From Reclinomonas americana ATCC 50394 (lineage: Eukaryota): DNA of 64,000 bases. Location of the stretch: contig PS015203.1 of NCBI GenBank assembly GCA_048213135.1, positions 1 through 64,000 on the forward strand. Direction: 5' to 3'. Shown here one piece after another: positions 39,506 through 51,655 of this stretch; within the stretch, counting starts at the first letter, position 1; every line of letters starts with the position of its first letter. A program made the translations under genes and the position numbers. The notes beneath the pieces were generated by a model. That model was not told the origin of the DNA and did not search any database. It saw only the letters and a list, made by a program, of their open reading frames with translations.

Positions 39506-41134
39506 GTCGCGTGCGCTCACCAGCTGAGTGGCCGCCTCGCGCAGAGTCTTGTTTTTGGTGGGTGGCACGCTCTCTCTCGGCATCGTGTTTGCCATTGTGC
39601 TGCTGCTGAAGAACGGGCCGAGCAAGACATTTATGATTGTGCGTGGGCGTCGGAGATGTGCTTGTCCCCACTCAACTCCGCTCGCTCACTGTGACGCGTA
39701 CGCAGCGCAAACTGTTGCAATGGTGGGCCGGTGTCTTTATCCTGTCGTGGTTTGGTGTCATTCGCTACCACGGCGTCTTCCCCGCACGGCGAGCCAATCA
39801 GGTGCGAAGAGCGGTCGGCACGATTTCTGCCATCGCCTTTTTCTCACCTCGTTCTCGTGACAGATTTTTGTGGCGAACCACTCGTCGCTGACCGACTACA
39901 TTCTGCTGCTGCACTTTTCGCCGTTTGCCAGCGTCGGCCAGGCTCACCCTGGGTTCCTTGGTGGGTGCATTTGTGCCACGAAGAAAGGCTGTGTCACCTA
40001 GCCTGACTGACACTCGTCTGTAGGTGCTCTGATCAAGGTGATCTCGCCCCTCGGCAACATCATGTTCAATCGGTAAGCCATGGCCATGATAGCCAGCATA
40101 CATACTGATTGGTGGAGTGGTGTCTGACCCCCGGATCGCTGCAGCTTCGAGGCTCGCAATCGCCACTTGGTCACAGAGAGGTGCGACGCGCCGACAATTT
40201 TTCTTGCATCCGCCTGTGATGTGCGTGCTGACTGCGTATTGCAAACAGACTGAAGGCACACATTGCCGACGTGAGCAACCCACCGCTGTTGATTTTCCCG
40301 GAGGGCGTCTGCGTCAACAATCAGTACACGGTGCGTGCACACACAGTGTTTTTCCTTACCGCCTGATTCTCTGTGGTGCTAATATCATTGTGTCGACATG
40401 CAGGTCATGTGGCGCAAGGGAGTTTCGTGATGGAGAATGCACCGTGGTCATGTTAGGAAGGTGCTGAAATTCATGCGTGTCTATGTTTCTGCAGGCTTTT
40501 GAGATCGATGCCACGGTGTGCCCGGTGGCCATCAAGTACAACCGCAACATGTGCGATCCCTACTGGAACTCGAAGCGCGAGGGCTTCCCCACGCATCTCC
40601 TCCGGTGAGTGTGTGTGAGACAAGCTGCTGCTTAGACTACTTGCTTACCTTCATGTTCCGTAGGTTGATGCGATCGTGGTTCATCGCCGCCGATGTGTAC
40701 TTCCTCGAGCCACAGCGCATCCGCGACGGCGAGTCTCCCATCGACTTTGCGTCGCGTGTGCAGGTATGTTGTCGGTACTTGTCACCAGAGTGAGAGACCT
40801 GGCTGAACGCAGATTGTGTGCAGAAACTGGTGGCCAACAAGGCGCGCCTGAAGGTGTGCCCATGGGACGGCTACCTCAAGTTGCGTCCGCGCCGTTCTCG
40901 AAGCACGTGCGCAGTTGTCTCACGCTGTTTTCTCCGTGCAGGTACTTTGAGCCGAGTCCACGCTTCAAGGAGCGCAAGCAGAAGCTGTTTGCCGACATTC
41001 TGCTGAAGAACTACGAGTCCACCGCACTCGGAATGCCGCGCTCCTACACGGAGGACAGTCTCGCAAACAGCGACACGGAGGAGGTCGGTGAGGCGGACAA
41101 GTCGTCGCAACAACCGGCGAGGAGTGCAGAGTGA
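37964..41134 (+). CDS. Glycerol-3-phosphate acyltransferase (GPAT3/4/GPAT9 family), spanning a gap
   Basis: IFVANHSSLTDY (HxxxxD), LIFPEGVCVNN, PVAIKYN, PWDGYLKYF, FKERKQKLFA. Confidence 0.9.
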
Positions 41135-41243
41135 CGAACGAATCATATCGCTCCACGCACGTAATGCTCACTGAGGATTGTACAAAAGCTTGTCGAAACT
41201 CTCGCGTGTGTGTGTGCGCGCGCGTGTGTTCTCTCATGCACGC

Positions 41244-42705
41244 TCAGCTACAAATGACATCGCGGAACGGCGTCACATTTCCGTTGGGATTGTGACTCTT
41301 TCGACTGTTGTGATCCTCGATGATGGCGAAACAGACGTATCTGCATGCGTGTGTGATGCGTCAGGAATACGAACAGAGGCAACGACCACTGGGGAGAGAG
41401 AGACGCACTGGAATTTGCGGGCAAACTCAGCCTCGGCAAACACCTCGCGGAACAGAAGTGCCACGTGCCGCGGCGGACAGCAGTATGCGCCACACCCAAA
41501 CGCACTCAGCACCAGCGCCGTGCGACCATGAGCCAGACTCATGCGCAGAATGGTGCGGATCTTGGCCTTCATGGCACGAATGTCACGTGCATCGGCCAGC
41601 TCTTGCCTGCATCGGGATGAGAAGGAGCAGAGCGTGTCAAAAACACATGCGACGCAACCCTCGCAGTGGCGGGTGATGAAGGGCGGCCACGGCAACAAAG
41701 TCCATGAGGAACGGCTTCTCCAAGAACGGATAGCCTACGTGCGCGACGCAGTGAGTGCACACACAATAATTCCCACCATCTCCAGGCATCCCCGCTGCGA
41801 ACCGAGAGCCTCGTTGCCGCGTATCACTGGCACACCGGGTGAGTACACACCACCCTCCAGTTCAAGCGGGTATCGCCAGCGGCGGCCAGAATCCAAACGC
41901 GCCGGATCCTACGCAAGTGTCAACATGACAAGTCGATATCACGAGCGACACAACGGCACACGCACCACCAACGCCATAAAGTAGGCACTCCGGCGGAACA
42001 GGTTCTCCTCCTGTGCACCGGCACCGCCCACCACGCCACCGCCCGGATGCCTCGCCGAAGCCATGTTCAGCACGACCACACTAATGTCATGCAAGCTCAG
42101 CATGCAGACTTTTACACAAGAATCCAACCAACAACGCAAACCTGTGGCCCACATCCAGCAACTGCTGCGCCTTGTCCAGACAGTCGCACTCGTCGACCTC
42201 AAACACCGTGTCGTACCTGTGTATCACGATCGAGTTGAACATGCAACGATCAAAGTCCGAGAATACTCCCTTCCCATCCCCTGCCTGCTCACCCCTCATC
42301 CTCCGACGCCACCGGAGCCGACACCAACGCTCTCGAATCCGCATACATGACGGTGCCACGCGCAGCGCGCGCACACTGCTCGAGGAACTCACCCGCCGAC
42401 TCCACGCTCGTCTCCACAAACGCGCGTCCTCCACTAATCACATGCTCGCACGTCTGCACATACACCAGCTTGCGCAAGCGCCGCAGCGAGTCGCGCATGC
42501 GGTCGCCACCTCCGCGCTCCACTGCGGCATCAAAGGCGTCGCGCCACGCGCCTGCATTGTGCGAGCGCCACGGTGATCGAAGTGCGGCAGTCAGCATTTT
42601 GCGCTGTTGTCGCAGGAAGTAGCGAACGGCGTCGACGGCATTGAGGTCGTCGCCGCAAATGTCGCTGTAGTCGTCGGAGGAGGATGAAGAGGCGGCGGAG
42701 GCCAT
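41244..42705 (-). CDS. TIGR02452/DUF2263 bacterial-type poly(ADP-ribose) glycohydrolase macrodomain protein
   Basis: VLNMASARHPGGGVVGGAGAQEENLFRRS, GVYSPGV, LVLSAFGCGAYCCPP, AIIEDHNS...NGNVTPF. Confidence 0.9.
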
Positions 42706-42834
42706 GTGATTGCACGATCGAATTGAAGTGGGAGGTAATGGATCGCCAGTCGACTGCGCGGAGTTGTCTTAGTAAGTCTCTAACTACGAGTGAGTGAGAG
42801 AGAGGTTGCGCTTTAGGCGAGCAAGCAAGCAAGA

Positions 42835-45696
42835 ATGCGTTTGGTGACAGTCAGCACGACGGCGCTGGATCAGTGGGCGATGGATTTCGAGGGCAACCTC
42901 GCTCGTTGCGTTTGCTTGTCTCCTCCTCCACACGAGCGTGCTTGCATGCGTGTCTGCACTCGTCTGTGGCGGGAGACGCAGAGTGCGAATCTCCCTTTTC
43001 CCTCGCTGTGTTTGTGTTGTGTGTGATCACGCACTGCTGCACATGTCACGCACACTTTCCCACTCACTGTGTGTGTGTGCGTGCGTGTGCGCGACTGCAG
43101 GCACANNNNNNNNNNNNNNNNNNNNTTGATGTGGTTGAATGGTTGGTACAGGGCGCGAGTGTGTGTAGTGTGTGCCCTCGGCTGAACACGAGGTGTGCGT
43201 GTGCACCAGGTGTGGACATTGTGGCCAATGGCTCCGGCAGTCACCACCAGCTGCGCAAGCTGCACCAGCGCGTGCAGCTCATCAATGGCTCCACTGCCAA
43301 GGTGCGTCCACTCTCATTCATGTGTGGATGTGGTTGCTGATGATCTCGTCTTCTGTCAGTGTGGAGGTGTGTATCTGTATGCCAACCAGCAGGGCTGCGA
43401 CGGCGGCCGCCTGTATTTCGACGGCTGCGCCATGGTGTCGGTCAACGGCAACGTGATTGCGCAGGGCAGTCAGTTCTCGGTCAACGACATTGAGGTGGGT
43501 GTGAGAGAGAAAGAGCGAGGGAGAGAGACAAGGGCTATTTTCTCATCTGACATGACTCTCGCGATGCAGGTCGTCACCGCCACCATTGACCTGGACCAAA
43601 TACGCAGCCGTCGTGGAGCGGCCATGAGCCATGGTGCGCAGGCGGCCGAGTGTCAGGTTCTGCCGCGCATCGCGGTCGATTTCTCGCTCACCGAGCCCAG
43701 TGCGCACTTTAGCCGCACCGTCTCCAGTTGCGCACTCACGACTGCACTACACTCTTTGTGCATTGCTGACAACTCTGGGTCGAGCAGGCCCGATTGATGT
43801 CTTCTATCACTGCCCGGAGGAGGAGATTGCCCTCGGTCCGGCCTGCTGGCTGTGGGATTACCTGCGGCGATCGGGTGCCAGTGCGTACCTGTCACCATTC
43901 TCTCTCTATCCTCCCTGCCCTTGACTCACTCACCTTCATCTTTGCAGGTGGCTTCTTCTTGCCGCTGTCGGGTGGAGCCGATTCGTCGTCCACATGTGCC
44001 ATTGTGGGCTCCATGTGCCAGCTGGTGGCCGCTGCTGCCAAGATCGGCAACGAGCGAGTGATTGCCGACGCTCGTCGCATCGTGGGCGACCCGGAGTACG
44101 TGCCACTCGAGGCGAAGGAGTTTGTCAATCGCATCATGCACACCACGTACATGGGCACTGTGAATAGGTATGCTAGCATTCGTGGTGTGTTGGTGCCGCC
44201 ATTGTGTCACTAATCGCTGAGAGCAGCTCGGAGGAAACGTGCACACGAGCACGGAAGCTGGCCGAGGAGGTGTGTGTGAGAGAGAGAAGGAAAGCCAAGG
44301 CGTTTCCATTGATGGCTTCCTATCTCTCACTAAGTGTGTGTGCGCTCATGTGTGTGTGGCTGTCTGCTCCCTCGGAATCCCTCAGTGCCTCTCTGTTTCC
44401 CCTTTCTGCTTTCTCCCTGTCCCTCTCTCTCCTTTCTGCCTTCTCCATCGCCTTCCCTTTGACTCGCCCTCATCTCATGAACCCCACAGGTCGGCTGCCA
44501 CCACTTGGACGTGCGCATTGACCCGATTGTGACAGCCATGTATGACATGTTTGTGTCGGCCACTGGATTTGAGCCGCATTTCCGTTCACAAGGAGGTGCA
44601 GTGTTCGCCTGTGTGTGCAATCACTCTCCCTCCCCCGTCTCACCGCCGGTGTACAGGCTCTGCGGAGGAGAACCTCGCCCTGCAAAACATTCAGGCTCGA
44701 CAGGTTCCTTATTGTGGTGTCCGCCGTTGGAGTGCATGGATCTGACCACCGTTCCTCTCCCGCCCCTCCCCGCAGCGCATGGTGTTCTCGTATTTCTTGG
44801 CACAGTTGCTGCTCAAGACGCGCGGTCGTCGCGGCTGGCTGCTGGTGCTCGGCTCCGCCAATGTCGACGAGGCCTTGCGTGGATACATGACCAAGTACGA
44901 CTGCTCGTCGGCCGACATCAACCCAATCGGCGGCATTTCCAAGACCGACATTAAGCGCTTCCTGCGGTGGGCTGCCGTGAACCTCGGTTATCCGACTCTG
45001 GGTGAAGTTGCGCAGCGAGTGGTGATGACGGTGGTGGTGGTGGTGGAGATGGTGAGTTGCTCACCCTCAATGCAGGTGGTGGCTGCGCCGCCGACCGCCG
45101 AGCTGGAACCGATTGAGGCGAATTACACGCAGACCGACGAGGCCGACATGGGCATGACGTACGACGAGCTGAGCGAGGTTGGTGTCGTGTTCGCGAGGTC
45201 ATTTCTATCACCCTCACTCACCCGGCCTGTCACCAGTTTGGCCGTCTGCGCAAGGTCCACATGTGTGGCCCCGTGTCCATGTTTGAGCGACTGGTGCTCA
45301 AGTGGCAGCACCTGTCGGTGCCGGTGGTGGCCGAAAAGGTGTGATCGCATGCATGCGCGTCGGCGTTGTTCACGTCTCATCCCTCGTTTGCAGGTCAAGT
45401 TCTTCTTCCGCGCCTACGCCATGAACCGACACAAGATGACCACGCTGACGCCGTCGTACCACGCCGAGTCGTACTCTCCAGAGGACAACCGCTTCGACCT
45501 GCGGCAGTTCCTCTACAACACGCGCTTCCCGTGGCAGTTCCGCGAAATCGATCGCCTCGTGGAGATGGCCGCCGATGCACCACCACCCGACACTGCTGGC
45601 GAAGGCTCTTCGTCCTCTGCCCCGATGGCCTCGATCGCCACACCCGGTGAGCTTCGCAGCCCACTATCGTCGTCGTTCCTTGTCGCGCGTCTGTGA
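42835..45696 (+). CDS. NADSYN1: Glutamine-dependent NAD+ synthetase (part of the glutaminase domain lost in gap)
   Basis: [91 protein letters not shown]. Confidence 0.97.
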
Positions 45697-45854
45697 GTGT
45701 GGAATGAACGGAAAACGCTGGAAACTGATTCGCCATTGTTTTGTTGTTGCAGCGGAATTGCCGCTGTCGCAAATCCAGCGCAAGCGGCAGCCACCACCAC
45801 CACCACCGCCGGCCACTGTCGACGGTGCATCGGGATCGGGCTCGCACGGTGCCG

Positions 45855-48639
45855 ATGGTCACCCGTAGACGACGACTACCGGGGGGAAACATCCACACAC
45901 AATTTCCGGTGGCGGGAAGGCCATTTCCGGCTCGCCAGTCTGTCTTTCATTCATCACGCGCTCTCTCTCTTGTGTGCAGTGAACTCTCTCGACCATGTCA
46001 TTAGCACAGCTTCTGAAATCGGTGCGCTCGCGGCACAAGCCATCCGCAGCGCATCATCACAATCATCGTCCGCATGCGTGGCACAGCAGCACCACTCATC
46101 ATCACGGCCATCGCAAGACAAGTGCAATCGCCATCCCCAACATGTACGCCAGCAACGTCGGCTTTGATCTACGCGTGTGGGCCGGCTACGTCGACACCAA
46201 CATGTGCCTCATTATGCAAAACGTTGCGCGCGTGCGATGATCCGTGATTGCATGAATGCATGCATGTTGATCGATCAGCAAACAGGGCACCGATGTGGCC
46301 GCCGAGCACGGACAATGTCGCTTTGCGCAGGGCGACTATGGACGTGCATTGCCGCAGTTGCGAGTCGCGGCGGGCGATGCGTCGGCCAGGCATCGTCGTG
46401 GTGAGCTGGGAGCAGTGCTGCTCAAGCTGGTGAGATCGATAGCCGCAGCGATCTGCTGTCCGTGTCGATGTTTCCGACAATGTATGCGCAGGGGCGACTG
46501 CACGAGGCGATTGTGGAGCTATCGGCGTGCGCCCGGGATGCAGAGATCGACGGCGAGTGGCGCACGTGTGTGGGGGCGTTGCAGTTGCGAGCGTTTTGCT
46601 TGGAGGCCGTCGGGAGTGTTTCGCGAGCGCTGGAGGACTGGACGCGCGTGCTGGAGGAGAGGCCGCTGATGCGGTGCTTGTCGCCGTCGGAGCTGCGGCG
46701 GTGTCAACTGCAACGGGAGCGGCTGATCAACGGCGAGCACTTCCGCATGGTGTACACGCTGCGCGAGGTGCTGACCGTGCTCAGCGAGATGGTGGTGCTC
46801 TTCGAGTTGTGTCAGCCGAGTTACAACGATCGGCTCACCTCGGACGACTCGTTTTACGCGGCACCGTCAGCGGAAGAACTGCGGGCGGCGGCGGCCGTGC
46901 CGGGTGCGTCGTGCATCGAGCGTGCACTGGCACCGCTGAACGATGTGGATCCGCTGCGGTCGTCGACATTTTTGCGATCTGCTCCGTGGGTGGCGCAGGA
47001 GCCAGTGCTGAACAAGGCGCTGTTTGAGCACGCTCCTCTGCAGCAGTGCCTGCACGAGTGTGCGAGATTATGTGTCCGATTGGCGCAAGAGGTGAGTTTG
47101 TTGTTGGGAGAGAGAGAGAAGTGGTCAACAACATGGTGCTGATCGACTTGCAGGAGGAGGTGGAGGAAGAGGACGGGCGAGCCATGTACCTGGCTCGTGC
47201 GGTTGAATCATACTCGAACATGTGCTTTTGCTGTCAACGACGGAGGTATGTCTCAGCGGTGAAGTTGTGAGCTTTCTCGTCCACTCATTATCACTCCAAC
47301 AGTTTTCGCCGACGAGGGCAGCTGATCCCGGAAGCTCAGATGGTGGCTATCTTTAGCGAGTGCATCGACATTCTGCTGGCCACGCAGCACCAAATCCGGT
47401 CAGGAGTTGCGTGCACGCTGTGTCGATCACGTTGGATCGGGAAGACAGCTGTGTTGAACACGCATGCATTTAGCCGTGGGAGTCTCCGCGACATGCCGTG
47501 AGTATCGCCGTCATCGGATGGCAGCTCTGCGCAGTGTACTATCGCAACGAGTCGGTGGATCTGACACCGTTGTGGTGCGATAGCCATTCCCCCTCAGTCG
47601 CCATTTTTCCGCACCGTGCCTCACTCGATACAGGTACGCCGGTGTACGCGCCTTTGCCAATGCGCTGGGCGAGGGCACAAACTGCTGCGTGTGTGCGTTT
47701 TGCTGGGACCCCGCACTGGCACTGTGCGGAAGTCACGTGGTGCCGGCCAAGAGTTTCGTTGCATCGGCGATTACGAGTGCGTCGTCGCGTGAAGCTGTGC
47801 GTCTCTCATTCGTTTTCTCTGTTTGCAGTTCTCAAGTACGCACGACTCACGGCCAGTGAGTCGGGACTGTGGGGTCACCAGCTTCGACTGCAGGTGCCGC
47901 TGCTCTGCAAGCACTGCGACATGATCACCACGTCGAGACACGAGGCCCTCTTTATGCAGACCGTCTTCAATCCATACGTCTCGGTTCGTGTTGTGCTCTT
48001 CTTCGTCTCATTGTTTCCCCTCACTGGCGACAACAGGGATTGCTGGCGGCCGAGGTACCGTGCCACGAATCGGTGCACTTCTTCGCCTGGTCGCTCCTGT
48101 GGCGCGTTCTGTGTCTGCCATCGGGCGACGCACATCGCCACCGCAGCATGCAGATCACTGCACTGTTTGGCGGCCTCTTGGCCGGCCTGCGTCCACCACT
48201 GAACGCCTCGCACCTGCCGCTGACCGCCACCGTCTTCATGTTCCCACTGGCGGTGGACGCGGAGACAGAAGGCGAGGCGCTCCTGCACTTCGTCGAGGTC
48301 GGAGTCGTGGCCGGCACATACGTCGACCATCGCGACAGCCAGCACACGCTCGTCTTTGCCAAGATTCCGAGATTCCTCTTTGTCGCTGTCGAGAGCACCG
48401 ACGGCGACCACGACCACGACCACACCAGCGAGTGGAGCTCATTCGCACTGCGTCCAGGCGTCACCCGGGTCCCATCGCTGCGCGTGTGGACTGAGACAAG
48501 TGGGGAAGACGACGTTCTGCAATGCGACGTTCGATCGCCAGCCTTCAATCGCCTCTTCCGCGGTGCGTGGATGGCTTTCGAGGGCGCAGAGCTCGGTGCC
48601 GAGCAAGTCGACGTGAGACTACGCGCCAAGGGATCATGA
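45855..48639 (+). CDS. Uncharacterised multi-exon protein with TPR-like helical repeats
   Basis: YAQGRLHEAIVELS...RAFCLEAVG...ALEDW pattern; long exons 46490-47090 and 48037-48639; start uncertain. Confidence 0.5.
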
Positions 48640-48664
48640 TTAAAACATCAGGGACAACATCGCA

Positions 48665-49134
48665 ATGTTGCTCGCACGCCGACGCTTGCATCAGCACTCG
48701 CCCACTGCATTACTCCGCTCCGCACAGCACATCGCCATGTCTCACGGACACGTCAAACAGGCACGCACGCATGTCTCTCTCCCTCGCGCGCACATGTCCA
48801 TCGCTCTCACACTCTCACAGGAAGGCTCTCGCGCGCCCGACGAGCTCCTCCTCAAGTTGGCCGCCTACGCCACCTCCTACAAGGTCACCAATGCCGACAC
48901 GCTGACCACGGCGCGGTATTGCCTCATTGATGCTATCGGTAATGCATGCATGCATGCATGCACGAGACACACTGATGCATACTCTCACACACACACACTT
49001 GCACGCGCACAGGATGCGGTCTGGCCGCACTCGAGTACCCGCAGTGCCTGCGTCTGTTGGGCCCTGTTGTCCCAGGCACAGTGGTGCCGAATGGCGTGCA
49101 TGTGCCTGGCACTGATGTTGCGTTGCATTCTTTC

Positions 49135-49170
<36 letters not shown>

Positions 49171-50198
49171 GAAGATTAACGTGCGTGCCTGTGCGTAGTT
49201 TGAGCTGGACCCGATCACTGGCGCCTTCAACATTGGCGCCTGTGTGCGCTGGCTCGACTGGAACGACACCTTCCTTGGCAAGGAGTGGGGTCATCCGTCG
49301 GACAACTGCGGAGCGATTCTGGCGGTCGCCGAGTACGTGTCGCGTCAGCGTATGGCTGCTGGTGCGACTATGATAGATCGAGAATGTGTGAGTGCGCGTG
49401 GCTCACTGTGCTGTGCAGGTCAGGAGCCACTGACGATGCGCGTTGTGCTCGACGCCATGGTCAAGGCGTACGAGATTCAGGTGCGCATGCAAGTGTGGTG
49501 TGTGTTTCGTGTGCGGAGACACGGGGTTTCATTGTTTGGTGGTGCAGGGCCGCATCGCCATTGAGAATGCCTTCAACGGCATCGGCTTGGATCATGTCAT
49601 CTTGGTGCGCATCGCCTCGACGGCAGTGGCTGCCGATTTGCTCGGTGAGAACTTGTGCATTTTACTCTCCCCCGTGCCCATCCGCTCACTGTGCCCACCA
49701 ACAGGCTGCTCGCTCGAGGAGACGGTGAATGCTGTCAGCCATGCGTTCATCGACGGCGGCGCCATGCGTTGCTACCGGCACTACCCCAACACCGGCATCC
49801 GCAAGTGCTGGGCCGCCGGTGACGCCACCTCTCGTGCTGTCTTCCACGCCATCAACGCCAAGAAAGGTGAAGTGATCTGGCTGCACGGTGATGTTTGTAC
49901 TCGTTGCTTATTGATGGCGCGCAGGTGAAATGGGCTACGCCGCGGCGCTGAGTGTGCCACGATGGGGCTTCTACGATGTGTACATGCCAGTGCATCTGAC
50001 GCAGCCGCTCGATCACTACATCATGGACAACATTCTGTTCAAGGCCTCGTTCCCGGCCGAGTTCCACGCGCAGACGGCGGTGGAGTGCGCCTTTGCGCTG
50101 CACCCGGAGGTGGCACCCCGCCTCGATGAGGTGCAGGAGGTGCACATTTGGACGCAGGAGTCCGCCGTGCGCATCATCGACAAGAAGGGCCCGTTGAC
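48665..50198 (+). CDS. prpD: 2-methylcitrate dehydratase, mitochondrial-type presequence (3' truncated by gap)
   Basis: [65 protein letters not shown]. Confidence 0.95.
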
Positions 50199-50262
50199 GT
50201 TGCGTGATTGTGTATTATCCGTGATGCTTGGAGGCGACTAGCCNNNNNNNNNNNNNNNNNNN

Positions 50263-51157
50263 NGTTCTCACTCAGAAAAAAGAAGAATACACAAGCGATG
50301 CTGTGTGAGACAACCTGCAAGCAACGTGAATCACCTTTTGCAGAGCACCAACAACGATAGCCGACGGCGACGCAGCCGCCGCGCCCTCCAAGCCGAACGA
50401 CATGCGCAATCGCTGAATGCACAACGACATCTCCTTCTCCGCCTCATCGCCACCCCCCACAGAAGACGACGATGACGACTGGCCACCACTCGCAGCGGGC
50501 GCTGCCGCAGTCTTTGCAGTCACAGCAGGAGCAGCAGCAGTGGTGGTCGTCTTTGTCGCCACATCCGATCCCGTCGCCGCCTGCATCATCTGCAACACCT
50601 GCATCTCTGTCGCCAGCCAGTCCAGCAACAACAGGCGCATCTCACTCTCCGGCAGCTCCTCGCTCTCAAACAGCTCCGAGTACGGGAAGTCTACATGCAA
50701 GCAGTAAGTACGTGGAGTCTGACAACAGCAGCAATGAGAGGGGGGACACTCACTCACCTTCCCGCGATGCAGCATAATCAAATGCACTGAGCGATGCAAC
50801 CGATCGATCAGAGTTGCCGCGCTCTAGCATGGCAACAATGGTCGATGTCTGTCAATGAGAGAGACAGTGAGAGAGAAAGGCAATGTGAGAGAGGCCGAAT
50901 ATACACCCTTGTTATGTTTTTGTCACACACCATTCGCTCGTACTCGCGTGCGTCGCCGTCGGTGGCATCGACAATGCTCTGCAGTTGCTCGACTTTGGTG
51001 GATTCGGCGCACAGCCTGTTGTGTAGTGTGTGAGTCTGAGAGAGTGAGAAATGGCGCGCCATGTGATTCGAGTGGTGGTGTGCGAGAGTGGTGATGGCAC
51101 AAGTGCGCACCGCAAGTCCACCAGTGCCTCTAGCACGTCCTCAACGAGCGTTTCCAT
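50263..51157 (-). CDS. FAM98-family protein (3' truncated by gap)
   Basis: METLVEDVLEALVDL start and RLLLLDWLATEMQ motif resemble FAM98 conserved blocks (recognised from memory, not searched). Confidence 0.6.
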
Positions 51158-51655
51158 GGCGACAACTCGTACACACTACACTCAGATATCGTGTGTCCTG
51201 TGATAAAGAATGCCTTCACTGTGGGGGCGATGGCGATGGAATCTGCTGACGTGAGTATGGGCACAAGTGTGCGAGAGGTGTGTGTGACGTGCTTGCCTGC
51301 ATGTCGCAGTGAGAAGCACTCGCACTGCCGACGTCGAAACGTCGGAAGAACTCTTCTCGCTCGCCTGTTGCCCGCGTTCTTGCACGCCACCGCGCACTCA
51401 TGTGGAGAGCAGTACACCAACAATGGCGACGCTGAGGAGGGTCACTGCACGCATGCGTCGGGTCAGTGAACTGCGAAGTTCCGCCAACGCGCCAAAGAAA
51501 TGCAACACGCGCGCGGATAGCAACGCGCCGCTCAGTAGCAACACGGAGCAGCACTCTCCAGACACCCCACGCAGCCCTGGCCTTCCATCACACAACGCAT
51601 TGACGTTGCAGGACAGTTTTGCACCAATCCATCCCGAGGAAACACGCAAGCAACA

